Notes: generated by a model from the letters alone, not told the origin. Shown: positions 1 to 12,070, counted from the whole stretch's first letter. The stretch: DNA of 63,869 nucleotides, filler included, from Octopus bimaculoides (GCF_001194135.2; 5 parts of 5 records of this genome joined end to end with filler, not necessarily neighbours in it); one strand, 5' to 3'. Numbers and translations: made by a program.

Positions 1-311
1 TAGGGTTAGGGTTAGGGTTAAAGCAAATTTAAAATGAAAGAAGCAAATAAAACGAAGGTATGGAGATTAAATACGCTTTACATCGCTTAATCAGCCAAAG
101 GAGTAAATATAAACAACTGAATACTTGTCAGTGATTGGTTGAAATTATCGAAATAAGACAATTTTTTACATGAAATAAATTCGAATACAAAAATATTTTT
201 CTGTTCTATAACACAAAATAGATAAGTATACGAAGTTTGAAAGTCTTTCCGTACCAAAAACACTACGTAAAACATTAATGAAAAATGTGGTCCCCGTTTT
301 AAAATAGATCC
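1..311. mobile_element. Right half of a foldback/MITE-like element with an internal telomeric-repeat core (copy 1, cut by the window start)
   Basis: Starts in (TTAGGG)n followed by aagcaaatt.aaaatgaaa, as at 5597-5661. Its terminus ttaatgaaaaatgtggtccccgttttaaaatagatcc (275-311) is the near-perfect reverse complement of 5315-5351. The internal segment gtcagtgattggttgaaatta is the inverse of 5474-5494. Confidence 0.8.
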
Positions 312-1004
312 AAAGCCAGCTCTGTCATATTCGGTGTCGCGCTGAATCTCCTTGGGGGTATCTGTGTCTCTCTGGAATGCTCAGCCCCTTGCACGTTAAT
401 TTCACGAGCTGCTGTTACGTTCATCAGTTCAACTGAAACACTCGTCATAATCAATCGATAGAGAATCAGACCACGTTGTCCAATGTGCCCTTCCTTTTTA
501 AGATAATATGCTATGATTTGAAGGAAATTTGGCTTCTTTTTTCTTCAGGGCAAGCGGCAGTAATGAGTTCAGACCATGTCGATTAGGATTAGTTTTAGGC
601 TTATTTATGGAGGTATTTTTGAGTTGAAAAAAAAAATAATAGTGATAATAAAATAAAAAATGAAATAATTAAGATGAGAAACAAGTCATAAGTAATTATG
701 TAATTGTAGTTTCGTTTCCCATGATTAGCTTTACAGTTCTGATATTACTTAATCGCTTGTTCTGTCATCCAGAAATATACACACTTTGTAATAACTCTGT
801 TCATATCCAACATTAGTTGTTCAGTTGTACGAACTGCTGAACAGTGCAATTATAGGAACAAGCTACACATACACACACACTGAAATAAGCATTAACGTAT
901 TCAATGGATGTAAACATGACACAAAGCCAACAATGATAATTAACTATATGGAACACCGTACATCATTTAAATGAATAAATATATTTTGTATATGTAGGCA
1001 AAGC

Positions 1005-1035
<31 letters not shown>

Positions 1036-4000
1036 ATTAAGGTAATTATCGAAGTTACTATGCATCAGATGGGTTTATTTAATTTTAATATATGCAAGCA
1101 TGGAAAATTGCCAATGAAGATATAAGACACACTATATGGTATATGAATAACTGAATAATGTATGAAGAGGGAGGGAAAACAAAACATATTTACATAATAC
1201 AAAATGCATAAACCCATATTTTGTGTAATAATTGCATGTAATCGATTCGGTATTAACGTCTTTAGTCGATTAGATGTTGTGGTCTTTATTTTCTTCACGA
1301 TAAGAGAATCAGGTTTTCGTTTCTGTATGCTACAACGTTGTTCTGGACAATATAGAATCGTAACCAGTAGGAAGGCTCCAGCCCTAGAGTTCTATTAGCC
1401 ACCATCACTGCTTCCAGGTCCTCTCTGGCACTGGGTTGTAGTACTGATCTTGTAGTTAAAGCAAATATAAATCGAAGGAGAGGTAGTCCTTAGATGTGTT
1501 TGTCACACAGGTATGCCCCTTGCCTGCTGTTCTATGGAAATGCCCCGTTGTGATATGAAGCAGTCCCCCTGCTTAAAAGTTAAGTAGGCTCTATACCTCA
1601 CAAATACGTTCAGGCGATCAAAAAACTTATAAATAATCGGACAGATAATAAACTATGAATAATCAGGCAGATAGTAACAGAAAGCTACTACACTTATTTT
1701 CTTCCCTGAGAGAAAAAAAAAACAACAAAACATCCATGGCGCCGTGACTGAGGCCAATGGTTGGAAGCATGGCACAAGAAAGGGGAATAGGAAGGGCTGT
1801 TATAGCTGGAAAAGCACTTGACTGATTCAATTCATCAACATCAAATGCAGGAGCTACCCGATTGAATGGCACAGGTTCAATTCTAAAATATCCTAAACTC
1901 ACACTAGACCAACCTATAGCCATGATGGCTCTTCTGTGTTTCTCATATTACGCAGATATATTATATTAGTTTGACCTGTTAGAAAGCAGCTAAATCTTTC
2001 GCCCACATGTCCTATTTTTCGGTTGTCACCCGAATGAATGATTGTATTGAGCGAAAACTGAATACTTCCAAATATTAAACTGCATATATTGAGTAATCCT
2101 TTCTTTTGTAAGCGTTACACCTTGTTCAACTAATTTTGTTGCTGTGGTTCAGAGATGATGAATGACATGGTGAAAGAAACAAAGCAAAGTCTCGATAAAT
2201 TGAAATTTTCCTTCAGTTGGAGAAACTTAACAAAATTGTCAGTGACTCCAAAAGGGGAGATAGTTAAAAGTTGAGCTGTGAAGTTCTTTTGTTGTTGGTA
2301 TAATGCCTTGAATGGATCACTCATTATTTTTTTTTTTTCTTTTCATGTAGATTTTTCTATCAACTCATTTCATGTGTTTTAATTATGTTGCACGCATGGT
2401 TGCGCAAATAAGAAGTTTGCTTCGCTACCTCGCGGTTTCGGGTTATGTTTCACTGCGCTGCATCTTGGGCAAATTCTTCTATTGACCCAAGTTGATCTGA
2501 GCCTGAATTCAGTTGATAGAAACTCTGTGTGTGCGTATACGTGTGTGTTTGTGTGTGTGTTCGCTCGCGCACACCTGTAGTTTTGTGTTTGTCCCTCCAC
2601 TATTTGGCAACTGGCGTTTGTCTATTGAAGTCCTCAGTCAATTTACGGTTCCGCAATAGCAAACTGATAGACTGAAGGACCAGGTTTTTATAAAAGGTAA
2701 AAACAGAAAAAGTTCTAGGGTCGATTGTTCATCGACTAAACTANNNNNNNNNNTCTAATGATGACCCATATCTTGTATGGCCCGCTTCTCGAAAAGGTTG
2801 CCCATGCTTCTTGTACTTAACTCCCCGATGTAGTGTTCCCCATCCAACCCAGCACGGCCGCAGTTTAGTGACTAACTCAAGTAAGAAAATAAAAGAATGA
2901 AAAAAACAAAAAACAAAACAAAAACATCTACATATTTATGCCATTGACACAACTGAGTCATTCTCCTTAAGCTCCCCCCCCCCCATACATATGTATTCTA
3001 TGCATGTCTTTATCTGTCTTCGTTTGTTTTACGAATGAATGACCTTGCATTCAGTTTGGAAATTCCCCACTTTTTACCAGCGTTCTCTCTGCCTCTCTTC
3101 TTTGCATGCAATTGAAACTGCACGAAACAGTTAATTGTATTCCTCTGAACTTTGCTGACAACTCACCTCTTCCCTACCACTATCACCGCTCCCCCCATAC
3201 CACTCATCCCCCCTCTCTTACTCTCGCTGCTTTAACCAACACCCACACTCTCACTCCTCTCTCCCTTGGCCAATCGCTTCACAATTCTCTCCCTCCTCCT
3301 CCTCTCTCTCCCCTTCTCTTACTTTAATCTTTCTCTCGTCCTCACACAACCCTTACTCTTTTCCTTCTTTCTTTCTTATGCTCTCTCTCTCTCTTTCCCT
3401 CTCTATTTCGACCCATCTCCTACTTTAATCTTTCTCTTGCCCTCACACCATCCCTTAACTTTGTAAGTCTTACTCTCCCCACTCTCTCTCACCGCCTCCC
3501 TCAGTTGCTTGCACCATCTCTTACTACCACCCCCATCGCTTACTCGCATATTTCTTACCACTGCATCCTCTCTCTCCCTCTTACACTTCCCCCTCCCCAC
3601 ACCTCATTATTTATACACAGCCAGTGAAACTCTCACCAGAAACTAGGTTAGCTATATCAGAAACTAGGACATACCGTGAATGCACTCAAATGCTTCCCTG
3701 ATTTTCTTTCTTTCTTTCTTTTTTTTTCCTGAATATGTGAGTAAGTGTATATATATATATGTGTGTGTGTATGTGTGTGTGATTTTTAATTTCCTTTGTT
3801 TATTTTTTTTTTCCTTAATGTTTTCTCTTTTCATATTCAAATGAAAATGGGGCATTTGTGTATGTGTGTGTATTTATGTGTGTGCATGTGCTATATNNNN
3901 NNNNNNNNNNNNNNNNNNNNNNNNNNNNNNNNNNNNNNNNNNNNNNNNNNNNNNNNNNNNNNNNNNNNNNNNNNNNNNNNNNNNNNNNNNNNNNNNNNNN

Positions 4001-4648
4001 NNNNNNNNNNNNNNNNNNNNNNNNNNNNNNNNNNNNNNNNNNNNNNNNNNNNNNNNNNNNNNNNNNNNNNNNNNNNNNNNNNNNNNNNNNNNNNNNNNNN
4101 NNNNNNNNNNNNNNNNNNNNNNNNNNNNNNNNNNNNNNNNNNNNNNNNNNNNNNNNNNNNNNNNNNNNNNNNNNNNNNNNNNNNNNNNNNNNNNNNNNNN
4201 NNNNNNNNNNNNNNNNNNNNNNNNNNNNNNNNNNNNNNNNNNNNNNNNNNNNNNNNNNNNNNNNNNNNNNNNNNNNNNNNNNNNNNNNNNNNNNNNNNNN
4301 NNNNNNNNNNNNNNNNNNNNNNNNNNNNNNNNNNNNNNNNNNNNNNNNNNNNNNNNNNNNNNNNNNNNNNNNNNNNNNNNNNNNNNNNNNNNNNNNNNNN
4401 NNNNNNNNNNNNNNNNNNNNNNNNNNNNNNNNNNNNNNNNNNNNNNNNNNNNNNNNNNNNNNNNNNNNNNNNNNNNNNNNNNNNNNNNNNNNNNNNNNNN
4501 NNNNNNNNNNNNNNNNNNNNNNNNNNNNNNNNNNNNNNNNNNNNNNNNNNNNNNNNNNNNNNNNNNNNNNNNNNNNNNNNNNNNNNNNNNNNNNNNNNNN
4601 NNNNNNNNNNNNNNNNNNNNNNNNNNNNNNNNNNNNNNNNNNNNNNNN

Positions 4649-4688
<40 letters not shown>

Positions 4689-4695
4689 GTATATA

Positions 4696-4848
4696 CGATG
4701 GGCTTCTTTCAGTTTCCGTCTACCAAATCCACTCACAAGGCTTTGATCGGCCCGAGGCTATAGTAGAAGACACTTGCCCAAGGTGCCACGCAGTGGGACT
4801 GAACCCGGAACCATGTGGCTGGTAAGCAAGCTACTTACCACACAGCCA
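4696..4848 (-). mobile_element. SINE family A (tRNA-headed), 5' part
   Basis: Near-identical to the heads of the copies at 14461-14869 and 60724-61178; reverse strand has A-box-like TGGCTGTGTGG and B-box-like GGTTCAGTCCC. Confidence 0.85.
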
Positions 4849-5314
4849 ATCTTATCTATCTTATCTATGTATCTACCTGCCTGTCTGTCTGTCTGCGTAT
4901 GTATTGTTTTTATGCCTTTATAATAATAGAAATAATTTAATATTAAACGGAGGAGGTCGATTTTGCCTTTCATCCTTTCGTGAATTAAGTACCAGTTGCG
5001 AACTGGGTCGATTTAATCGACTGCTCTGCCCTCCCACAAAATTTCGCGCCTTGTGCCGAGAGTAGAAAAGAATATTAAACGGAGGAATTACACATACCTT
5101 TTGTAGAATACATATATACTTTACTTACGAGAACAGGGAACACAGTGACTTCGAAGTTTCGGCCTGTTAGCTTTCGTATATACATGTACACACACACGGC
5201 AGGTATACTGTTGTACTTAAAAGCTTGCTTCACAACCATTTTGTTTGGTAGTTGGTTTCACTGCGTGACATCTTGGGTAATTGTCTTCGATTATAGTCGT
5301 GGATTAACCAATTA

Positions 5315-5661
5315 GGATCTTTTTTAAAACGGGGGCCACATTTTTCATTAACGAAACACTTTGAAACTTGGAACACTGGTAGAATGTGTCATATAAAACA
5401 TCTTTTTCTCTTAGTCTTCTTAAAAAAACAAGAAATCCATAAATTATTCCATGTTAAAGTTGTCGTATTTCTGTAATTTCAACCAATCACTGACGTCCAT
5501 TCAGCCGATATACATTAAGTGCCGACTACATAAACAAACGATTCTGAAACAATTAACCCTAACCCTAACCCTAACTCTAACCCTAAGCCTAACCCTAGGG
5601 TTAGGGTTAGGGTTAGAGTTAGGGTTAGGGTTAAAGCAAATTAAAAATGAAAAAAGCAAAT
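5315..5661. mobile_element. Left half and core of the same foldback element (copy 2, runs into an N gap)
   Basis: Terminus ggatcttttttaaaacgggggccacatttttcattaa; central (CCCTAA)n/(TTAGGG)n palindrome at 5554-5633; sequence after the array matches the window start. Confidence 0.8.
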
Positions 5662-7081
5662 NNNNNNNNNNNNNNNNNNNNNNNNNNNNNNNNNNNNNNN
5701 NNNNNNNNNNNNNNNNNNNNNNNNNNNNNNNNNNNNNNNNNNNNNNNNNNNNNNNNNNNNNNNNNNNNNNNNNNNNNNNNNNNNNNNNNNNNNNNNNNNN
5801 NNNNNNNNNNNNNNNNNNNNNNNNNNNNNNNNNNNNNNNNNNNNNNNNNNNNNNNNNNNNNNNNNNNNNNNNNNNNNNNNNNNNNNNNNNNNNNNNNNNN
5901 NNNNNNNNNNNNNNNNNNNNNNNNNNNNNNNNNNNNNNNNNNNNNNNNNNNNNNNNNNNNNNNNNNNNNNNNNNNNNNNNNNNNNNNNNNNNNNNNNNNN
6001 NNNNNNNNNNNNNNNNNNNNNNNNNNNNNNNNNNNNNNNNNNNNNNNNNNNNNNNNNNNNNNNNNNNNNNNNNNNNNNNNNNNNNNNNNNNNNNNNNNNN
6101 NNNNNNNNNNNNNNNNNNNNNNNNNNNNNNNNNNNNNNNNNNNNNNNNNNNNNNNNNNNNNNNNNNNNNNNNNNNNNNNNNNNNNNNNNNNNNNNNNNNN
6201 NNNNNNNNNNNNNNNNNNNNNNNNNNNNNNNNNNNNNNNNNNNNNNNNNNNNNNNNNNNNNNNNNNNNNNNNNNNNNNNNNNNNNNNNNNNNNNNNNNNN
6301 NNNNNNNNNNNNNNNCTATAGGAGAAAACACTTGCCCAAGATTCCATCCAGTAGGACTGAACCAGGAACCATGTGGTTGGGAAGTAAGCTTCTTACCACA
6401 CGGTGATATCAGTTAATTCTTTGAGGTAGAGTTGCAGAATTCTGTGAACTAGTCCTTTCGACACCGGGTTGAAATGACTAGACTGGAACATTTTTTTAAG
6501 AATGTGTGGTCACTTTTGTTTTTGTCCATTGGTTTGTGAGTGGTATGCTATGACTGTGAATAGAAGGTTGCGGTTATAGTAGCCTGGTGGGCGAACAGAA
6601 CAGTAAATATCTAGAGAAGAATTATTACTGTAAATTTTGTAAAGTGTGTGTGTGTGTTGAAATAGCTTCTTCAGAGCTATCTTTATATCACGAAGTCTTG
6701 GGTATATTAAAGTCTCCTCTTTAAAATTATTAAGATGTTGTAGACAGGGAGCCAAACTGGTGGCTAAAGTTTTACTCTGTATTCTTTTGGATCACGACTG
6801 CAAGGCCTCTGGGCGTCCTTAGGATCTCCGTATAATCAACCCAGATGTTCGCTCTGCAAAGGTCATTACCATGACACTATAAAAATTGAGTTGTACAGTC
6901 ACATTGGGATCAACAGATAAAGATCTATTCTCTCCTTAGATTGACATGTTAGAAGATAAGAATGTAAACCCGTTGGGTTGGTTGGTTGAAAGCATGTATT
7001 CTGGTTCATATCTTGGTGCTTGCGGTTCCAATATTTCATCATGCTTGATTTCTCTTCGGTTTTCGTGTGTGTGTGTGCGTC

Positions 7082-7133
<52 letters not shown>

Positions 7134-7422
7134 ATACAAACAGCATATCAATGGTTGAGTGATTAAGTTCGCTTCAGATCCAACTCTTGACTGTACCAAT
7201 ATTTCTGTCTTTTATGTCTCTCGTCCTACTTCAGTTTTTGCATGAAAAAGAAAAATAACAAGTTCTTCCCATCAACAAAGCTAGTATACATCACGCGCAC
7301 GTGTATACACACACACATACACACACTATTTATTGCATGTTAGATTCAGTTTTTACACCTCGTTATGAAGTATATGGGACTTAACAATATATGTGCATGC
7401 ATGCATGTATATCTGTGCGCAC

Positions 7423-7464
<42 letters not shown>

Positions 7465-8010
7465 TACAAGAATAAGGGCAGGGAATCGTCAATTAGTAAT
7501 AGAATTAATAATTAACAATTTTGCCAAGTAGTTCAGTATGAAAAAACCTTTATCGGTAAAACCATTTATCATCATAAATATACAGGGATTAGCATTGAGT
7601 TGCTTCTCCAACATACTGAAAATTTAGAAATAGCAGTCAAAGAACTACTGATTCTAAACTACAAATTCTTCTCTAAACGGATGGCGATATTTATGGCACA
7701 CATAGAACAAAAAACCGGAGGGAAAAGCAAAAACAAACCTGCCTTTAGTTAATTGGATACGACGTTTCACGGTTAAGAGTATGAAATTACTCTATTCCGA
7801 CTCTTCAGCCCAATATTCTGATAAATTTGAAAGTGTCTCTAAAAAATTCACGGTAATTTTTGGCCATGCGACACCAAAAACCAACGAGAGGAAAGGCACT
7901 TACGAATTCATCGGCTAGTGAGTTCAGGCACCTCACCCCAAAGAAATCTATTCCATGTGCGTCACAAATAGTCCCATGGAGTTAAACGCAGTTGTTATTC
8001 AAATCCTTTT

Positions 8011-8099
8011 ACTTCCGACATATGTTTCGAAGGAAACATTGGTATTATTCCAGGAGGAATAAAATAGTATAAAACAATGCAATCTTCTTATCAGGGAAA
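8011..8099 (-). ncRNA. Inverted hammerhead copy with core mutation CUGAUAA (G8A), probably inactive
   Basis: Reverse strand reads tttcc-CTGATAA-GAAGA...CCTTC-GAAAC-ATAT-GTC-ggaag; the plus-strand T at 8089 replaces the C needed for G8. Confidence 0.7.
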
Positions 8100-8501
8100 G
8101 AAAGAAACCAAACACATCAGTAAGACATTTTAACAGGATGTGATGACTGCGTATATGATGAAGGGAACGCTAGCAAGTGTTTTTTTAAAAAAAACCGTTA
8201 GTAGATATAACGTCAAAGGTAGTTTATAGAAAGAGAAGGAAGAGAAAGAAAGAAATTAGCAGAAAACTAATAATGGAAAGAGATATAGAGCGATAGGTGA
8301 AGTAGAATAAAGCTTAAAGGCATGGAAGTAGATATATTTAGTGGAAGTGAAATGTAAGAAAACAGTCAAAGGTCGAATTTTATAGAATGATAGAAATCAC
8401 TTATAGGAACTGAGTGTATGTTTTTGCCTAGCGTTCCCTTCATCATATACACAGTCATCACATTCTGTTAAAATGTCTTACTGATGTGTTTGGTTTCTTT
8501 C

Positions 8502-8589
8502 TTTCCCTGATGAGAAGATTGCATTGTTTTACACCATTTTATTCCTTCTGGAATAATACCAATGTTGTCTTCGAAACATATGTCGGAAG
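8502..8589 (+). ncRNA. Type I hammerhead ribozyme with intact core; predicted cleavage after GUC at 8584/8585
   Basis: Stem I tttcc(8502-8506)/ggaag(8585-8589); CTGATGA 8507-8513; stem II GAAGA(8514-8518)/TCTTC(8568-8572) extended by CATTG/CAATG and an inner tattcc/ggaata hairpin; GAAA 8573-8576; minimal stem III closing the palindromic loop ATAT; cleavage triplet GTC 8582-8584. Confidence 0.75.
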
Positions 8590-8906
8590 TAAAAAGATTT
8601 GAATAACGCCTGCGTTTAACTCCATTTATTTATTTATCTATATTATTCAAAAACATTTTACCCAAACCCGGAGTTTCTACCTTTATAAGTTGGCTGTTAC
8701 ATCCTTGGTACTTGTGTGAATTTTTGCTACCCTGGTAAGTGTTTATTTATTCATTTTTCCCATGTTATTTGTAAGCATTGAAAAAGTACACATATATATG
8801 TATGTATGTATATATATATATATATACTTTGTATATATATGCGTACATGTATATATGTATATGTGCGTATGTGTGTGTATGATTGTATCTATTTTTGTAT
8901 GTCTTT

Positions 8907-8908
<2 letters not shown>

Positions 8909-9000
<92 letters not shown>
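8909..9000. repeat. (TA)n microsatellite, representative of many TA/CA/TCTA/GA/AAT/TAC/CAT tracts in the window
   Basis: Read directly. Other examples: (TAC)n 18180-18253, (TCTA/TCTG)n 24265-24587, (GA)n 39655-39728, (AAT)n 45657-45731, (CA)n 63219-63345. Confidence 0.95.
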
Positions 9001-9002
<2 letters not shown>

Positions 9003-11067
9003 GTGTGTGTATGTATATGTAAATATATATGCGTGTATGTGTATATACATACACATATATGTGTGTGTGTTGTGTATGTATGCATATACATATATGCGTG
9101 TATGTACGTATATATACATACATATATGTTTGTGTGTTTATGTGTAGGCTGTCATTGATCTACGGTTACACAGGGGCACCACTTTCAAGTGTTTTTAGTC
9201 ACATCGTCTCGGTATCTCTCAGATCTCAACAGATTTTTCAGATTACAAATATAAAAGAAAAAATGCGTAAGCGTCTAATACACATGCACACGCGCGCGCG
9301 CTCACTGTGGACTCCAGAACGAATTTGTTTACCAAATTTCACTCATAATAATATTGGCCGACCGACCCCAAGGCTTTATCATAAAGGAAGCTGAGATCCC
9401 GTTATACACTGGGATAATTTTGTACATATACATACAGACACACATCCCTGAATTCTTTATTCGTGCACACACACACCACCACTACCACCACCATCATCAT
9501 CATCATCATCATCATAGTGTGATTTTTACTTATGCCGCATTGTATTTTCTTTTTTGTTTTTGTTTTTTTTTCCCTAGCATTTATAAATCGTTCGCAATTT
9601 CCCATCGCCTTTGCTGCTACTACTTTTATAATAATCTGTACTGCCGTAGGGGTCCTGTTTGTCGAAAGGAACTTTCTGTACTACTATAGTGCATGTAGCT
9701 CCCTTCTTTTCCCATCTGACACACACACGCGCACATACTTTAAAAGCTTGCTCTCACGTAGAAACACGTACGCGCGGAGAATGACCTACTTCCGGATAGA
9801 TGCACTTGTTTTGCATTCTTTATTTATTCCTCCCCACCATCCTGGACGGGACAGATGAAGAGATAGGATGATAAATAGACAGAGAAATATAGGTAGTGAA
9901 AAGGGGAAATAAAATAGATTGATGAGATAGGCAGGCTTTTGGTGGTTGTGGACCGATAGGGAGTATAAAATACATAGAGATTAATTAGCAGGACAACGCA
10001 TAGATAGATAGGTATCAAGATAATGCTAATACAGAGAGAGGTGGATTGCCAGATATCTGGATGGATGTATGTCGATCAATAGATTTAGAGATAGATGGAT
10101 ATGTGTGGAGATTCGCAAAATGTTTAAGTTAAATACAAAAAGATTTAATCGATCAATATGTACAGATAACTGATGTATAAAGCTAGATCTATCTATCTAT
10201 CTATCTATCTATCAACATATATATTTGTTTGTCTATCTATCTATCTATCTATCTATCTATCAACATATATATTTGTTTGTCTATCTATCTATCTATCTAT
10301 CTATCTCTTAATCTTGTGTTACGTGTGTGTACACACACACTCTCTCTCTCACACACATATACACACATTCATGACCAGAAAGAGAGGATGAAAGTGTACA
10401 TGTAATGTCAAAGGGAGATGAGAACATGCAGCTTTAGGGCTTGAAAACTCGTTCTGTTTGCATATATTTCCGAACTTCCTCTTTCTTTATGTTTTTCTTT
10501 CCCATCTCGCCATCCTACTGGCATTTTTTCCCCTTCGTTTGTTTGTTTATGTGTTATACCCATCACTTTCTTCGTTAAAATTTCCACTCCCTGATGCTCA
10601 GTCACATACATATCGGCCGCAAGCCAAAATTCTCTCATGCACTCCATCGTTCTCTCGCTTTCTTTCTCTCTCTGATGCGCGCACACGCATACAAACTGAC
10701 GTGGGCACACTCACACACACAAACAAACGAACGTACATATCTACCTATCTTTTGTATTACTGCCTTCATCCGATTCTCTTCATTTCTTTTCTTTCTCTCT
10801 TTCCCCCTCTCTCTCTTTCTGCCATTCACTCACTCTCTCTCACACACATATACACATAAATCGTTCTGTGTTTTTCTCATGGATATCTTATGGCCTGTAA
10901 AGAAGATACGCACACATTTTCCTCCTTCTGTAGTATTTCCTCTCTTTAAAGCATTCACTTTCTTGCACGCATTTTCTCCCCTCTCCCTCCAACGTCTCTC
11001 TTCTTCCTCTCCACTGCTTTATTCTGAACCTTTTTCTTCTGGTCTGCCTCTCTGTCTTATCCTTGGT

Positions 11068-11104
<37 letters not shown>

Positions 11105-11589
11105 ATATGCAGTTTACCAATTAAACAGCTTTATCTGTTTTTGCTACACTATTATTATTTGAGCTGAATAATCTTCGCCTAATTTTGCTGAGTTTGACGG
11201 AAGGACCTTTGCAGACCCTTCTAAACCGGTTAACTAAATGCTGTTGATATTTCATTTTAACTGTTGATGCTGTGTAATCGCTTCTGCAGCATGCTGGAGG
11301 AATATAATTAGAATATCTCCGTCAGGTATCTTATACACCCATTCCAACCGCATAAAATAACAAATGGTATTAAAAGAAGTTGATGAGGACTCTGGACCAA
11401 GTGTGAGCTTGAAAGGAAATTCTTGCTTTCAGTTGCATCAGTCAAACAATAAAACAGAGATCTCTGGTTTCTTAAAATAGTAATTGTCTCCAGGACAGGC
11501 TCAAGGCTAGAAATGTGTTTGTTGGGGCAAGGGTATAGCTGATTGTATTAACCCCAGTACTCTTCTTATATTATTGACTCTGTAACTAG

Positions 11590-11790
11590 GCAGTGTGCTG
11601 GCAGAAACGTTAGCATGCCGGGCGAAATGCTTAGCGGTATTTCGTCTGCCGTTATGTTCTGAGTTCAAATTCTGCCGAGGTCAACTTTGTCTTTCATCCT
11701 TTCAAGAGTTGTTAAATTAAGTACCAGTTGCATACTGAGGTTGATCTAATCGATTGCCCTCCCTCCCCTTGAATTTCGAGCCCTGTGCCT
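11590..11790 (+). mobile_element. SINE family B (tRNA-headed)
   Basis: ctggcagaaacgttagca...ttctgagttcaaattc...tttcatcctttc consensus with B-box-like GAGTTCAAATTCC. Other copies: 12516-12724(+), 15330-15510(+), 15726-15998(-), 16310-16480(+), 17540-17765(+), 41470-41735(-), 46690-46885(+). Confidence 0.85.
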
Positions 11791-11817
11791 CGAGTCAAAG
11801 TTAGCCTCAGCAGGACT

Positions 11818-12070
11818 TCATCATCATCATCATCATCATCCTCATCGTTTAACGTCCGCTTTCCATGCTAGCATGGGTTGGACGATTTGACTGAGGACTG
11901 GCATGCCAGAAGGCTGCACCAGGCTCCAATCTGATTTGGCAGAGTTTCTACAGCTGGATGCCCTTCCTAACGCCAACAACTCCGAGAGTATAGTGGGTGC
12001 TTTTTCGTGCCACCGGCACGAGGGCCAATCAGGCAGTACTGGCAACAGCCACACTCAAAATGGTGTTTTT
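11818..12070 (-). mobile_element. SINE-like family C ending in a gttaaacg(atg)n tail (RTE-type tail, inferred)
   Basis: Shared catgctagcatgggttggacgatttgactgaggactgg...ctggatgcccttcctaacgcc. Other copies: 16540-16853(+), 20842-21140(+), 22130-22435(+), 26709-27180(-, with internal duplication). Confidence 0.85.

Larger units (their letters stand above)
7975..8625. repeat. ~199-bp inverted repeat (arms 7975-8173 and 8428-8625) around a ~254-bp purine-rich spacer; probably Penelope-like pLTR or retrozyme-type
   Basis: Manual alignment of the arms gives about 11 mismatches in ~199 bp, mostly transitions. Each arm contains a hammerhead motif. Confidence 0.9.

Noticed and set aside
1-20. Window starts with TTAGGG repeats, suggesting a chromosome end or telomere fusion
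   Set aside because: The same array and flanks recur inside a TIR-bounded element at 5315-5661; the arrays are short and in the wrong orientation for a fusion.
1260-1925. Possible decayed RT-like coding sequence on the minus strand, including the 86-aa ORF at 1663..1923
   Set aside because: Only vague motif resemblance (FKQGDCFISQRGISI), no convincing YxDD motif and no splice signals.
3796-6416. Long ORFs of 200-320 aa in the ORF track (also at 18.8-19.5, 28.0-28.9, 30.7-31.2, 43.2-43.7, 49.6-50.1 and 56.0-56.5 kb)
   Set aside because: They are open only because they run through N gaps.
6420-6920. AYHSQTNGQ resembling a retroviral integrase HPQ.NG motif
   Set aside because: Single motif with no supporting D,D-E context or LTRs.
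7770-7975. Possible decayed PLE endonuclease C-terminus (KEIYSMC/RHK) next to the hammerhead arm
   Set aside because: Needs frameshifts and the similarity is too weak to claim, although it would fit the PLE interpretation.
9532-9700. Hydrophobic ORF MPHCIFFFVFVFFSLAF... as the TGFBR3 signal-peptide exon
   Set aside because: Hydrophobicity comes from a T-rich tract, and there is no good phase-1 donor to join exon A.
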